Positions 55,425-64,000 of a DNA stretch of 64,000 bases are shown here, piece after piece. The stretch covers positions 373 through 64,372 of the forward strand of contig JBHEKU010000166.1 in assembly GCA_041859205.1 (NCBI GenBank), written 5' to 3'. The notes under the pieces are model-generated. The model had not been told where the DNA came from. It made no database searches and saw nothing but the letters and a program-made list of their open reading frames with translations. A program made the translations under genes and the position numbers. The first letter of the stretch is position 1; each line of letters starts with the position of its first letter. The DNA comes from Ignavibacteria bacterium. GTDB lineage: Bacteria; Bacteroidota; Ignavibacteria; Tepidaquicellales; Tepidaquicellaceae.

Positions 55425-55831
55425 AAAATTTTAAATATTTAGTTGTTGGTATTATATTCGGAATTATTTTTGTTAAAGCAGAAATAATAAGCTGGTTCAA
55501 AATACAGGAGATGTTTTACCTGGATTCATTTTATATGTTCGGTGTAATTGGTACTGCAGTTTTGACAGGGATGATTTCTGTATTCATTATCAAAAAATTT
55601 AAACTGAAAACAATTTCAGGTGAGGCTATAACATTTCAGGATAAAAAATTCCACAAAGGTCAGATAATCGGAGGATTAATTTTTGGCGTAGGATGGACTC
55701 TTTCCGGCGCATGCCCGGGTCCGTTAGCAGCACAGATAGGAAGCGGATTCACTGTAGTGATAATAACATTTCTCTGCGCTATTGCCGGTACATGGTTCTA
55801 TGGATTAATAAAAGAAAAGCTGCCGCATTAA
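55421..55831 (+). CDS. YeeE/YedE-family sulfur-compound transporter, subunit 2
   Basis: Overlaps subunit 1 by 4 nt (TTG start). Multi-TM protein with the related SGACPGP motif. Confidence 0.75.
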   Translation: MKNFKYLVVGIIFGIIFVKAEIISWFKIQEMFYLDSFYMFGVIGTAVLTGMISVFIIKKFKLKTISGEAITFQDKKFHKGQIIGGLIFGVGWTLSGACPGPLAAQIGSGFTVVIITFLCAIAGTWFYGLIKEKLPH

Positions 55832-55879
55832 AAGATTTTAAATTCAGATTTTCTTAAAACACATGTAAAAAGAATGCCA

Positions 55880-56085
55880 TTCAGTATTTGGTGATATCTG
55901 CAGGTGCTTTCTCGTAATCTTCTTGTATAGTATAAATTTCCCTCTGGTATAAAGTGAGTATAAATCTTTAGGATTCAGCTGTAATGCAAGGTTTAAATTT
56001 AAGAGAGCGTTTGGTAAATCAAATTCATTATAATATATTCCACCTAGAATTCCATAAAGAGCGCAGTCTCTTGAATCAAGCGAAG
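55880..56085 (-). pseudogene. truncated, frameshifted remnant of a TPR gene (copy of the 3-prime third of 53512-54549)
   Basis: The reverse-strand translation YGILGGIYYNEFDLPNALLNLNLALQLNPKDLYSLYTRGK aligns with YGILGGVYYDQLNYTKSLLYLNRALLLNPEDIYSLYTRGK of the intact gene. One A is missing in GGGAAA(A)TTTATAC, which shifts the frame, and there is no start codon. Confidence 0.75.
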
Positions 56086-56144
56086 TTTTTACAATTAAAA
56101 TTCACGGCATGTGAACGGGAATTTGCACCTGAATTTTGCAAGAT
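56086..56144 (-). promoter_or_regulatory. conserved ~60-bp intergenic motif, copy C
   Basis: The plus strand reads TTTTTACAATTAAAATTCACGGCATGTGAACGGGAATTTGCACCTGAATTTTGCAAGA. It lies between the stop of the 56182-57450 TPR gene and the TPR remnant. Confidence 0.5.
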
Positions 56145-56181
56145 AAAACTTGAATTTTTGGAAAATTTATACACCATTAAA

Positions 56182-57450
56182 TTACTTACTTCGAAACTTG
56201 TTTATTTCTCTGATTATAGGGGTAACTATTGCATCTGATGGATCAATTTTAAGAACTTCATTACAATCTGCCATTGCTTCATCATATTTGTCCAGATAAA
56301 AATAGCCGGTTGCGCGGGAAGTTAAAAGAAATAATGATTTTGGTTTTGATTTCAATTTAACTGAGCATAGCTCAACAACTTTTTTATAATCTATTTTCCC
56401 CAGAGGTATGGAATTATGTCTAACATAAAATAAGGCTCTTTCACTTAATATCTCTATATCATCAGGTTCTAAATTTACTGCTGTATTGTGGTCAGCAATG
56501 CTTTTTTCATTTTCTTTTAAATCGTCATATGCTTTTCCTCTGCCGCTGTATGCTTCGGCATATTTGTTATCAAGCTCTATTGCCTTAGTGTAATATACTA
56601 CGGCTTCACTGTTTTTATTTGAATAATAATAAACTTCTGCTAAATTTTTATATCTGAATGCGTTCGCTTTGCCCGTGTTAATAAGATATGAGAAATCAAT
56701 AATCGCCTTAGGATAGTTCAGATTTAATAAATAGGCCATTCCGCGAGCTTCATAGGCTTCAGCTTTAACGAAGCCTAAATTAATTGCCTTTGTATAGTTA
56801 TTTACTGCTGAATCATATTTTTCCAGGTCAAGGTAAACGTTTCCCAGATTGAAGTATGCAATTTCATAAGCCGGATCGAGTTCAATTGCTTTTAAATAAC
56901 TCTTAATAGCTTCATCGTAGTTCTCTTCCTCTCTGTAAATGTTGCCCAGATAATTATACGGACTTTTCTTGTCAGGAGCTAATTTGATAACCTTGATAAA
57001 ATCCTGTTTAGACTGTTCATATTTTTCTGTGTTGAAAAGGCTAACTGCGCGGTGATATAGGAGTTCATCATTTTCACCAAAGGCAGTAATAGCGTAGTCT
57101 GTGAGTTCAAAGGCTTTTATATAATTTTCTTCTAGAATATATATATTCGCAAGATTTACATAAGGATTATAAGCATTTGCTCCCAGCTCAATTGCTTTTA
57201 AATAATCTTTTTTTGCCTCATCAAATCTGTTTAAGTTGTGAAATGAAAATCCGCGCCTTCTGTAGTACATAACAGAATCAGGATATGACTCAATCAATAT
57301 TGAATATAATTTTATAGACTCCTCATAATTTTTAGCATCATATGCAGAATCAGCCTTCGAGATTACGCTGTATAATTTATCTTCCTGTGCAGTAAGATAA
57401 TTGACTCCTGTCACAAGGAATAAAAAAACTAAAACAATTTTAATTTTCAT
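56182..57450 (-). CDS. tetratricopeptide-repeat protein (secreted)
   Basis: Has a signal peptide and about ten TPR units. It starts 4 nt after the upstream lipoprotein gene. Confidence 0.85.
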   Translation of the reverse strand: MKIKIVLVFLFLVTGVNYLTAQEDKLYSVISKADSAYDAKNYEESIKLYSILIESYPDSVMYYRRRGFSFHNLNRFDEAKKDYLKAIELGANAYNPYVNLANIYILEENYIKAFELTDYAITAFGENDELLYHRAVSLFNTEKYEQSKQDFIKVIKLAPDKKSPYNYLGNIYREEENYDEAIKSYLKAIELDPAYEIAYFNLGNVYLDLEKYDSAVNNYTKAINLGFVKAEAYEARGMAYLLNLNYPKAIIDFSYLINTGKANAFRYKNLAEVYYYSNKNSEAVVYYTKAIELDNKYAEAYSGRGKAYDDLKENEKSIADHNTAVNLEPDDIEILSERALFYVRHNSIPLGKIDYKKVVELCSVKLKSKPKSLFLLTSRATGYFYLDKYDEAMADCNEVLKIDPSDAIVTPIIREINKFRSK

Positions 57451-57454
57451 ATTT

Positions 57455-58462
57455 TTAATTCCCTTTATAAAAGTTTCTTATTACTTTTGATGTATTATCT
57501 TTATTTATTACCAGCATATAAAAAGTGTTGTCTCTGTATTCAGTTGTTATATAAAGAAATGCATTTTGAAAATTTACACTTGCAGGTATATCAGTAAGCT
57601 GTTTGTATTCAGTCCCGTTCCACGCAGCAGCCTGCAAGCGCGATAGGGAATCCTGACGGACAGTTACAAATCTGTCCTTACTCTCGCCTCTAATATTCGA
57701 CGGGTAATTATAATACGGATTTGTAATTGTAAACATATTTGTCCATGCTGACTCTGAAAAATATGAAACTATAGTAGTATAAGAACTGATTTTTAAAATA
57801 TCAGTATTGATAGGTGTAATGCTGTCATCTTCAGGTTCGTTTTTTACAAATACGGGTCCGGAATCCGTCACTCTGTAAAAACTTCTTGTGAAGTTATTCT
57901 CTCTTACAATTAAGTAAATATTCCCGTTTGATTTTGCAAAGCACTTTATAAACTGTCCCGTAACATTGTACGGCGTGAAGATACCATTTTCAAATTTATA
58001 ATATTTCAACGAATCATACAGATAACAATAAAATTTTCCTCTGCCGGCAAACATCGGAGGGAAAATATAAACTGAATCGGGCTGAGGCTGATTATAAATT
58101 GTATAGCTTCCGTTATCATAAATCATGAATTGCTGCTTCCCGTCAGAAACTCTTTTTCCTTTATAAACTATATAGGAGTTATCGTAGATATATCCTTGCT
58201 GCGCATTGAACACTGAGTTCTGCTCGGTGAATTCCACAGGTACATTATTTGTAACTTTATATAATTTATTGAATGAAGAAGCGAAGTAACTGTTTCTATC
58301 TATTACCTGTATATCCGTTATGTTATCGAATGTTATATTTTGAGTGGACCACTCATAACTGTCTGAAGCAGTTCCGGGATTAGTAATTACATCATCGCTT
58401 TTACAGGAGATTAGTAATATTGAAAAGCAAATAACAACAAACAGATTTAAGATAATTTTCAT
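57455..58462 (-). CDS. lipoprotein of unknown function, paralog family member 1
   Basis: Has a lipobox (LLISCKSDD). It is homologous along its full ~335 aa to 58483-59487 and 60218-61228 (shared elements Y.W(S/T)..., F..I(Y/S)(D/S)(N/T)G, (A/G)W(T/N)N.F). Confidence 0.7.
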   Translation of the reverse strand: MKIILNLFVVICFSILLISCKSDDVITNPGTASDSYEWSTQNITFDNITDIQVIDRNSYFASSFNKLYKVTNNVPVEFTEQNSVFNAQQGYIYDNSYIVYKGKRVSDGKQQFMIYDNGSYTIYNQPQPDSVYIFPPMFAGRGKFYCYLYDSLKYYKFENGIFTPYNVTGQFIKCFAKSNGNIYLIVRENNFTRSFYRVTDSGPVFVKNEPEDDSITPINTDILKISSYTTIVSYFSESAWTNMFTITNPYYNYPSNIRGESKDRFVTVRQDSLSRLQAAAWNGTEYKQLTDIPASVNFQNAFLYITTEYRDNTFYMLVINKDNTSKVIRNFYKGN

Positions 58463-58482
58463 AATTGAGATTGAATATAATT

Positions 58483-59487
58483 TTACTTCAGCTTTCCTTT
58501 TAAAATTTTTGTTGCTCTGTACCTGTCTATCATATAATATGAATTATCTGCGTAGTTGCTGACAGTCCTCACCATAAGCAGGTTCGGCGGAGTAACTGCT
58601 GATGACGGAAAATTTGTCTGCCCATATTTTGTATTCGCAGAATATACATCACAGTATGCAACTGAATTCTGATCGAACCAGATAGATAAAAACTGTGCCC
58701 TAGTATTGCCGGCAAGATAACTTATAAAATTTGTATTGGCGGGAGTATTATAAATGAAAAAATTTGTCCAGTTAGCGCCGTCAAAATAATCAAGTCTGTG
58801 CTGTGCGGAATCCTGCGTCACTCTGATAACATCGCTGTTTAAAAACTGCAGTCTTCCCTGTGAAGGAACACTGGAAACAAGCAGCGGGGAATTATTTATT
58901 ATTCTATGCACTCTGTCTTCTGAAAAAGTTGAAGAGGTAGAAGTGAAAAGATAAACCACATCACCGACTTTTCCCATTCCTCTTATATTTTCCGCAGGAG
59001 GTAAGGTTAATTCCGTTACCGTTCCATTATCAAATAAGTAATAGCCGTAAAAATTACTAAAGTAAAATTTATTTTTACTTATGAATATAAATCTTTGTGT
59101 GGGGTACTCAGCTGTAACATTATAAGTAGTAAATACACCTGTATCATATATTTTAAATACGAGAGGCGATGTACCGCTGCCTGTGCTTCCCCAGAATACA
59201 ACATTATTTTTATCGAAAGCCTCAACTCCGCCGCAATGAAACGTGCTGTCCTGAAAATTAATTCTTTCAATGTTACTGCCGGTTACTTTGTAAGACGAAT
59301 TTCCTGCTATAAAGGCTACATCATCATTAGCTGCTGCAATCCGTGAAACGCTATCCATCGATACGGGAATCACCGTCCAGTTATAATAATTTCCATCGCC
59401 GGTAGTTCCGTCAACTGTAACTTCACTGCACGATATAAAACATGATGAGATAATTATTAGTATCGTAAGATTGTAAATATATTTCAT
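58483..59487 (-). CDS. lipoprotein of unknown function, paralog family member 2
   Basis: Has a lipobox (CFISCSE) and lies 20 nt upstream of member 1. Confidence 0.7.
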   Translation of the reverse strand: MKYIYNLTILIIISSCFISCSEVTVDGTTGDGNYYNWTVIPVSMDSVSRIAAANDDVAFIAGNSSYKVTGSNIERINFQDSTFHCGGVEAFDKNNVVFWGSTGSGTSPLVFKIYDTGVFTTYNVTAEYPTQRFIFISKNKFYFSNFYGYYLFDNGTVTELTLPPAENIRGMGKVGDVVYLFTSTSSTFSEDRVHRIINNSPLLVSSVPSQGRLQFLNSDVIRVTQDSAQHRLDYFDGANWTNFFIYNTPANTNFISYLAGNTRAQFLSIWFDQNSVAYCDVYSANTKYGQTNFPSSAVTPPNLLMVRTVSNYADNSYYMIDRYRATKILKGKLK

Positions 59488-59661
59488 AAAAAGTTCTTAA
59501 TGTATTATAATTTAAACAAATATATTTTCATTTTATACTAAGATTATAATATTCAATATATAAAGTAAATGTGCTGCTTGTGAAAATGTTTTTTTTGGAA
59601 CTTCATGTATATAAAGAAAGTTGAATAAGATAAAATCGACAAATTAAATCACTAACCCCAA

Positions 59662-60216
59662 ATGAAAAAAATCCTTACTCTCTTTGTATTAATTTTCACA
59701 CTTACAATTTTATCTGCAGCAGGATTTGCTCAGGACGACTCAGACAAACCGGAAAGAATGCTTAAAAAGCTTGCCACACTTAAGGGCAACTGGAACGGTT
59801 CACTGGAATATCTTGACTACGGTGATAATAAAACAAAAACGAAGCTTCCGACTGTATGCGAAGCTGTGTATAATAAATCAGGAAATGATAAATTTCTTTC
59901 GGTGAAATTTATTTTTGATGAAGGAAATGGAAGAACGGTTACGGGTGAAGATGCCTGGACAATTTTGGATGAGGGTAAAATTTTTTTCTACGACAGCACA
60001 AACTATATCATTACAAACTACTATCAGAACGATGATAATAACGATATAGCAGTATTTGTTTTTGAAAAAGAAGGACAGGATAACAATAAACCCTGCACTA
60101 TAAAGCAGACTTTTGAAATGCATAATGATTCATTTTCTATAATAAAGAAAGTGAAGTATAAAGATTCAGATAGTTTTTTTATCAGACACGAGTTTGCATT
60201 TCAGAGAGTGAAATAA
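59662..60216 (+). CDS. small secreted protein of unknown function
   Basis: Has a signal peptide (LTILSAAGFAQ). The beta-rich mature part begins LKKLATLKGNWNGSLEY. It sits on the opposite strand between the lipoprotein paralogs. Confidence 0.6.
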   Translation: MKKILTLFVLIFTLTILSAAGFAQDDSDKPERMLKKLATLKGNWNGSLEYLDYGDNKTKTKLPTVCEAVYNKSGNDKFLSVKFIFDEGNGRTVTGEDAWTILDEGKIFFYDSTNYIITNYYQNDDNNDIAVFVFEKEGQDNNKPCTIKQTFEMHNDSFSIIKKVKYKDSDSFFIRHEFAFQRVK

Positions 60217-60217
60217 G

Positions 60218-61228
60218 TTAATTACTCTTTACTGCTTTAAATAATTTTTTCACCTCTGAGTGATAAAAATAAAACGTACCTTCTTTAAAATTGCTTGCTT
60301 TGCCAAGCGTATTAAAAGATGTCAGCCCGGAAGGAAAATTTTCCTGCTGTTTGTATTCTCTACCACTCCAGGTATTACCGTGAAAATTGTTCTGATTATC
60401 GAGAGTTATTACTGAAAAGAAATCTTTAGAGTCGCCGCTAATATAAACAGCCTTCTCACCATTCGAGTTTGTATAGCTGCTGTAAAATTTATTCCATCCC
60501 GTACCGGTGTAATCATAAAACTCAACTGACATATCTTCCTCTTTTACTTTTATAATATCGTTGTTCAGAAAAAATAATTTTCCGTCCGGTGCTTCGTTTC
60601 TCACTTCAACTGCAGAGCCGTTCTCAATTTTAAAAAAAACATTGAATCCATTATTCTCATATTTTGAAATAAGATATATTTCATTATTCATCTTTGTAAA
60701 TTTTAATGCTGCATGATTATTCGGCAAAGTGTGCTCTGTAAAAACTCCTTTGTTAAATTCATACCAGGTTATCGGTCCTTCATTTGTTGTGTAAAATTTA
60801 TCTTTATCGAGTATAAAAACCTCATTCAAAAAATCACCGTGCTTTAATGGTAAGTTATAACTCTTCGCCGTTCCGTTAGAATAAATTTTAAAGAATGCTG
60901 TATCGGAAGGGAAGGTTTTATAGCCGAGGAAGACTGCATAGTTTTCATCGTATGCTTTCACATCAACGGGAGTAAATTTTTCATCGTGAAAATTTATTTC
61001 AGTTCTTATGCCGTTTGCAATTCTATAGCTTTTAATTCCCGAAGCAAATACAACATTTGAACTGCCGGAAGATATGCTTGTGATTCCTTCAAGCCCTTCG
61101 CTTGCTACTGACCAGCTGTAATAGTTCTCTGAAGGGGAATTTGTTCCTACCGGAGATTCAGTATTGCAGGATAAAAAAGATGCTGATGCTGCAATCAGAA
61201 TTATGAAAGCAAATAAATAAAATTTCAT
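60218..61228 (-). CDS. lipoprotein of unknown function, paralog family member 3
   Basis: Has a lipobox (SFLSCNTES) and is homologous to members 1 and 2. Confidence 0.7.
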   Translation of the reverse strand: MKFYLFAFIILIAASASFLSCNTESPVGTNSPSENYYSWSVASEGLEGITSISSGSSNVVFASGIKSYRIANGIRTEINFHDEKFTPVDVKAYDENYAVFLGYKTFPSDTAFFKIYSNGTAKSYNLPLKHGDFLNEVFILDKDKFYTTNEGPITWYEFNKGVFTEHTLPNNHAALKFTKMNNEIYLISKYENNGFNVFFKIENGSAVEVRNEAPDGKLFFLNNDIIKVKEEDMSVEFYDYTGTGWNKFYSSYTNSNGEKAVYISGDSKDFFSVITLDNQNNFHGNTWSGREYKQQENFPSGLTSFNTLGKASNFKEGTFYFYHSEVKKLFKAVKSN

Positions 61229-61408
61229 ATTGTAATTTGTTATAACTTAAACTTTTGAATTATTGAATTTCAGATACAGAAATTTCCGTGCAGTGATTTT
61301 TCTGTTATGCGAGATGTTGTTACAGATTTTTTTACGGTGAAAAAACTAAAAAGATGCAAAGCAAAAGCCCGGCTTCCCGGGCACATGCTTCTCTGCTGAG
61401 AAATTACC

Positions 61409-61909
61409 TCAGCTTGCACCTATTGCTTCAAGGTATTCCAACACAGGTCTTGCTTCATCACCGCCTTTTTTTGCATGATGAATTAGCTGTAATCCATGTG
61501 GTCCCTTTGATGATTTTAATTCGGGATAAACAGTTAAAATTTGTTTCACAATATCCAGATGTCCGAGCATTGTTGCACAGAAGATGTTCATACGCGCACC
61601 GTTTGAAAGTAGGAATAAAGCTATGTCTCTATCACCAACGTGTCCGGCGGCTTCAATAGCTGTTTCAAAATCGCCTCCACCCCAGTCCCAAGAAGCATTC
61701 AGAAGCCCCGGTTCCTGAGCCAGCATGGATTTTACTGCATCTAAATCTTTATGCGCTTTACCTACAAAATCTTTCACAAGGTCTTTATCTAAAGCCGGAC
61801 CTTTATCTTTTTTCACTTGTTGAGAAAATATATCAGCACCTGAACCCGGAGCAATAATTGTTAGTGCACTAAGAGCGGAATAAGTCAGGAATTTTTTTCT
61901 TGTAATCAT
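61409..61909 (-). CDS. secreted ankyrin-repeat protein
   Basis: The N-terminal signal has a Tat-like TRKKFL element. Ankyrin units include DRDIALFLLSNGARMN and GHLDIVKQILTVYPE. Confidence 0.7.
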   Translation of the reverse strand: MITRKKFLTYSALSALTIIAPGSGADIFSQQVKKDKGPALDKDLVKDFVGKAHKDLDAVKSMLAQEPGLLNASWDWGGGDFETAIEAAGHVGDRDIALFLLSNGARMNIFCATMLGHLDIVKQILTVYPELKSSKGPHGLQLIHHAKKGGDEARPVLEYLEAIGAS

Positions 61910-62276
61910 TTTTTGTAAATTCAGTTTTTGTTGAAGTAGTTAGCTAGGGAATTTTAGGAGGGATATTCTCTATTACGGGGAAAAATGAATAAAGTTAGGT
62001 TGTTGTTTAACATATTTTTATACCACTTTGTGAGTTTAAAATTTTTGAAATTTGGGTAGTAATCTGTCAGAAAGAGTCTAAATTTTGATATAAGTTGTTA
62101 TTGTAAATGAACTTTATACTTAGTTTAACTAACCATAAAGGAAATTAGTATATTTCTTGATATAAATCATATTTTGCAAAGCGGGAATTGCTTAGTTTTA
62201 TATGATAGTTAATTGCGGTTACAGGCATGATAATAATTTTTAACTAAATTTAATTTTTAAAATTAAATTCATAGAA

Positions 62277-64000
62277 ATGTCGTTCCCACTCTCTACAAAT
62301 AAAGATTCAAAAGAATTTGTAAAAAAATTTACTAAGTTTGCATCATCTATTTCAGAAGGGGTGATAATTTCTGATGAGAAAGAAGAAATTATCTGGGTGA
62401 ATAAATCATTCGAGAAAATTTCAGGATATACGCTTAAAGAGCTGATCGGAAAAGGACCGGAGATATTTCACGGTGAAAAAACCAATAAAGCGGCAGTCCG
62501 GAATTTAAGAAAATCCATTAAAAGAGGTGAGACTGTTTCAATTGAAATAGTAAATTATAAACCTGACGGAACTCCTTACTGGATAAACCTGACAATCACA
62601 CCGATATTGAACGAGAACAATAAAGTAACAAAATATATTTCATTTGAACGCGATATTACCGAGCAAAAATTAAGCGAGAAAAACAAAGAGCAGTCTGAAG
62701 AGATTTACAGAATTCTTTTTAAAAAGAGCCCGGTAAATATGTTTATATTCGACCCCGTTACTTATAAAATGATTGAAGCTAATGAGACGGCATTACAGAC
62801 TTACGGGTATACTAAAGAAGAATTTTCCAAACTTACAGTAAAAGATATAAGACCGCCTGAAGACTGGAAAAGAGTAAAAAAGATAATCAAAGATATTAAC
62901 GAAGAATTTGTGGTTAAAGGTGTATGGAAACACCTGAAGAAAAACGGCGAAATAATTTTTGTTGATGTAAAAGCGAGAGCAATAGACTACAATGGCAAAA
63001 AAGCAATATTAACTATTGCTATAGATGTATCTGACCGCCATTTAAAGGAAGTGGAAATAGAAGATTTAAATAGTAACCTCATATCTCTGAATTTCTCTCT
63101 TAAAGAAAACCTGGGAAGAAATAACGAACTGCTTCGTGAATTGAAAATTAAAGAGCAGAAACTATCTGCAGCAAGGCAATCGGCGAAAATAGGCATGTGG
63201 GAAATTGATATAAAGACTAATAAGATTACAGCTTCAGAAGAAGTGTACAATATTTTCAATTTTAAACCGGGTGAAAAATTAACATTTAAAAAATTTCAAA
63301 ACAGAATACATAAAGATGACCTGGACAGGTATACTAAAACTATAGATAAGATGGTAATTAATGCCGAGCCTATTGATATAGAATATAAATTAAAACCTGT
63401 TGACGGAAACTGTAAGCATATCGTTACTAAAGGCGCGCTAATTTATGATGATAACGGGCACCCTGAATTATTTTCAGGAATAACAATTGATATTACCGAT
63501 AAGAAACATAACGAGGCAAGATTAACGGCTGAGCTGAATAATATTAATATAATTCTTTCCAGCATTACAACACCGTTTTTCATTGTAGATAAAAAATATA
63601 ATCTGCTCTTCATGAATGATACTTCCGCCAGACTTTCGGGGTTTACAAAAGAAGAACTGGTTGGAAAAAATATTTTTGAAGTATATCCTGACCGTGATTT
63701 TATAGAAGAGAAAAAAGAATATGATAAAGCCATTAAAGAAAATAAAAGCCGCAGGTTTGAAGCTACATACTTTGGAAGAACTTTTACAGTCAATCTTTAT
63801 CCTTCTGATATCGGTCTGGCTGTATCAGCTATTGAAATAACCGAGAATAAAAAAATAACTAAGGAACTTGAGGAAAAAGCAAAGTTCATTGAAGAAACAG
63901 GAAATAATACTCCCGGTGGAATAATTCAGACTGTTTATCATCCCGATGGAAGAGTTGATGCAGCGTACATCAGCGAAGGATTTAAAGAACTTTGGGGATT
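62277..64000 (+). CDS. multi-PAS-domain sensor protein (3-prime end outside the window; probably a histidine kinase or similar)
   Basis: It is absent from the ORF track because no stop lies in the window. I translated frame 3 by hand from the ATG at 62277 and found it open to the window end. At least four PAS-like units are present (e.g. GVIISDEKEEIIWVNKSFEKISGYTLKELIGK...YKPDGTPYWINLTITPI; KNGEIIFVDVKARAIDYNGKKAILTIAIDVSD). Confidence 0.8.
   Translation, partial: MSFPLSTNKDSKEFVKKFTKFASSISEGVIISDEKEEIIWVNKSFEKISGYTLKELIGKGPEIFHGEKTNKAAVRNLRKSIKRGETVSIEIVNYKPDGTPYWINLTITPILNENNKVTKYISFERDITEQKLSEKNKEQSEEIYRILFKKSPVNMFIFDPVTYKMIEANETALQTYGYTKEEFSKLTVKDIRPPEDWKRVKKIIKDINEEFVVKGVWKHLKKNGEIIFVDVKARAIDYNGKKAILTIAIDVSDRHLKEVEIEDLNSNLISLNFSLKENLGRNNELLRELKIKEQKLSAARQSAKIGMWEIDIKTNKITASEEVYNIFNFKPGEKLTFKKFQNRIHKDDLDRYTKTIDKMVINAEPIDIEYKLKPVDGNCKHIVTKGALIYDDNGHPELFSGITIDITDKKHNEARLTAELNNINIILSSITTPFFIVDKKYNLLFMNDTSARLSGFTKEELVGKNIFEVYPDRDFIEEKKEYDKAIKENKSRRFEATYFGRTFTVNLYPSDIGLAVSAIEITENKKITKELEEKAKFIEETGNNTPGGIIQTVYHPDGRVDAAYISEGFKELWG

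Noticed and set aside
1-64000. Alternative genetic code or stop-codon reassignment as an explanation for the many short ORFs at 2.7-8.2 kb
   Set aside because: Long genes across the window (the 2230-aa sprA, the 1047-aa OM protein, ffh) are intact under the standard code. Adjacent small ORFs are separated by multiple different stop codons and by frame changes.

Overview
This is a 64-kb chromosomal segment from a low-GC bacterium that carries a type IX secretion system (T9SS). The QNYPNPFNP...KKMILVK C-terminal sorting tails and the AT-rich spacers studded with GC-rich hairpins look Ignavibacteria-like or FCB-group; that placement is inference only. Left end: a type II R-M pair (partial REase plus an SPPY methyltransferase), then about 0.9 kb of gene-free composite repeats, then a 5.5-kb co-directional array of about 15 small genes encoding extremely charged, low-complexity proteins, then an SDR and tRNA-Arg(TCT). 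Middle: three Asp-box (BNR) beta-propeller T9SS cargo genes interleaved with two paralogous helical proteins of about 490 aa that share an FLKSPYF motif. These are followed by a second SDR, an SNase-like protein, a lipoprotein plus TonB-dependent receptor, and a sphingomyelin-synthase-like PAP2_C protein. Next comes a 1047-aa HExxH / TolB-propeller / OM-barrel chimera, divergent from the 2230-aa T9SS translocon sprA. After sprA lie a type IIG R-M gene split at an A9 tract and a cdd-tdk-BMP nucleoside salvage operon. Right: an AT-rich orphan gene, a GT9 glycosyltransferase, leucine dehydrogenase, lepB, a deoxynucleoside kinase and the conserved ffh-rpsP-KH-rimM-trmD-rplS cluster. Beyond that are TPR genes associated with a recurring 60-bp motif, a split YeeE/YedE pair, three paralogous lipoproteins, an ankyrin protein, and a multi-PAS sensor that runs off the window. 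I saw no CRISPR array, rRNA, transposase, integrase or phage genes. The most unusual content is the disordered-protein gene array, the heptanucleotide tandem repeats and phased CCGAC repeats in the spacers, the homopolymer-split type IIG enzyme, and several multi-copy structured intergenic elements. All functional calls rest on motifs read by eye from the supplied translations; no database search was run.
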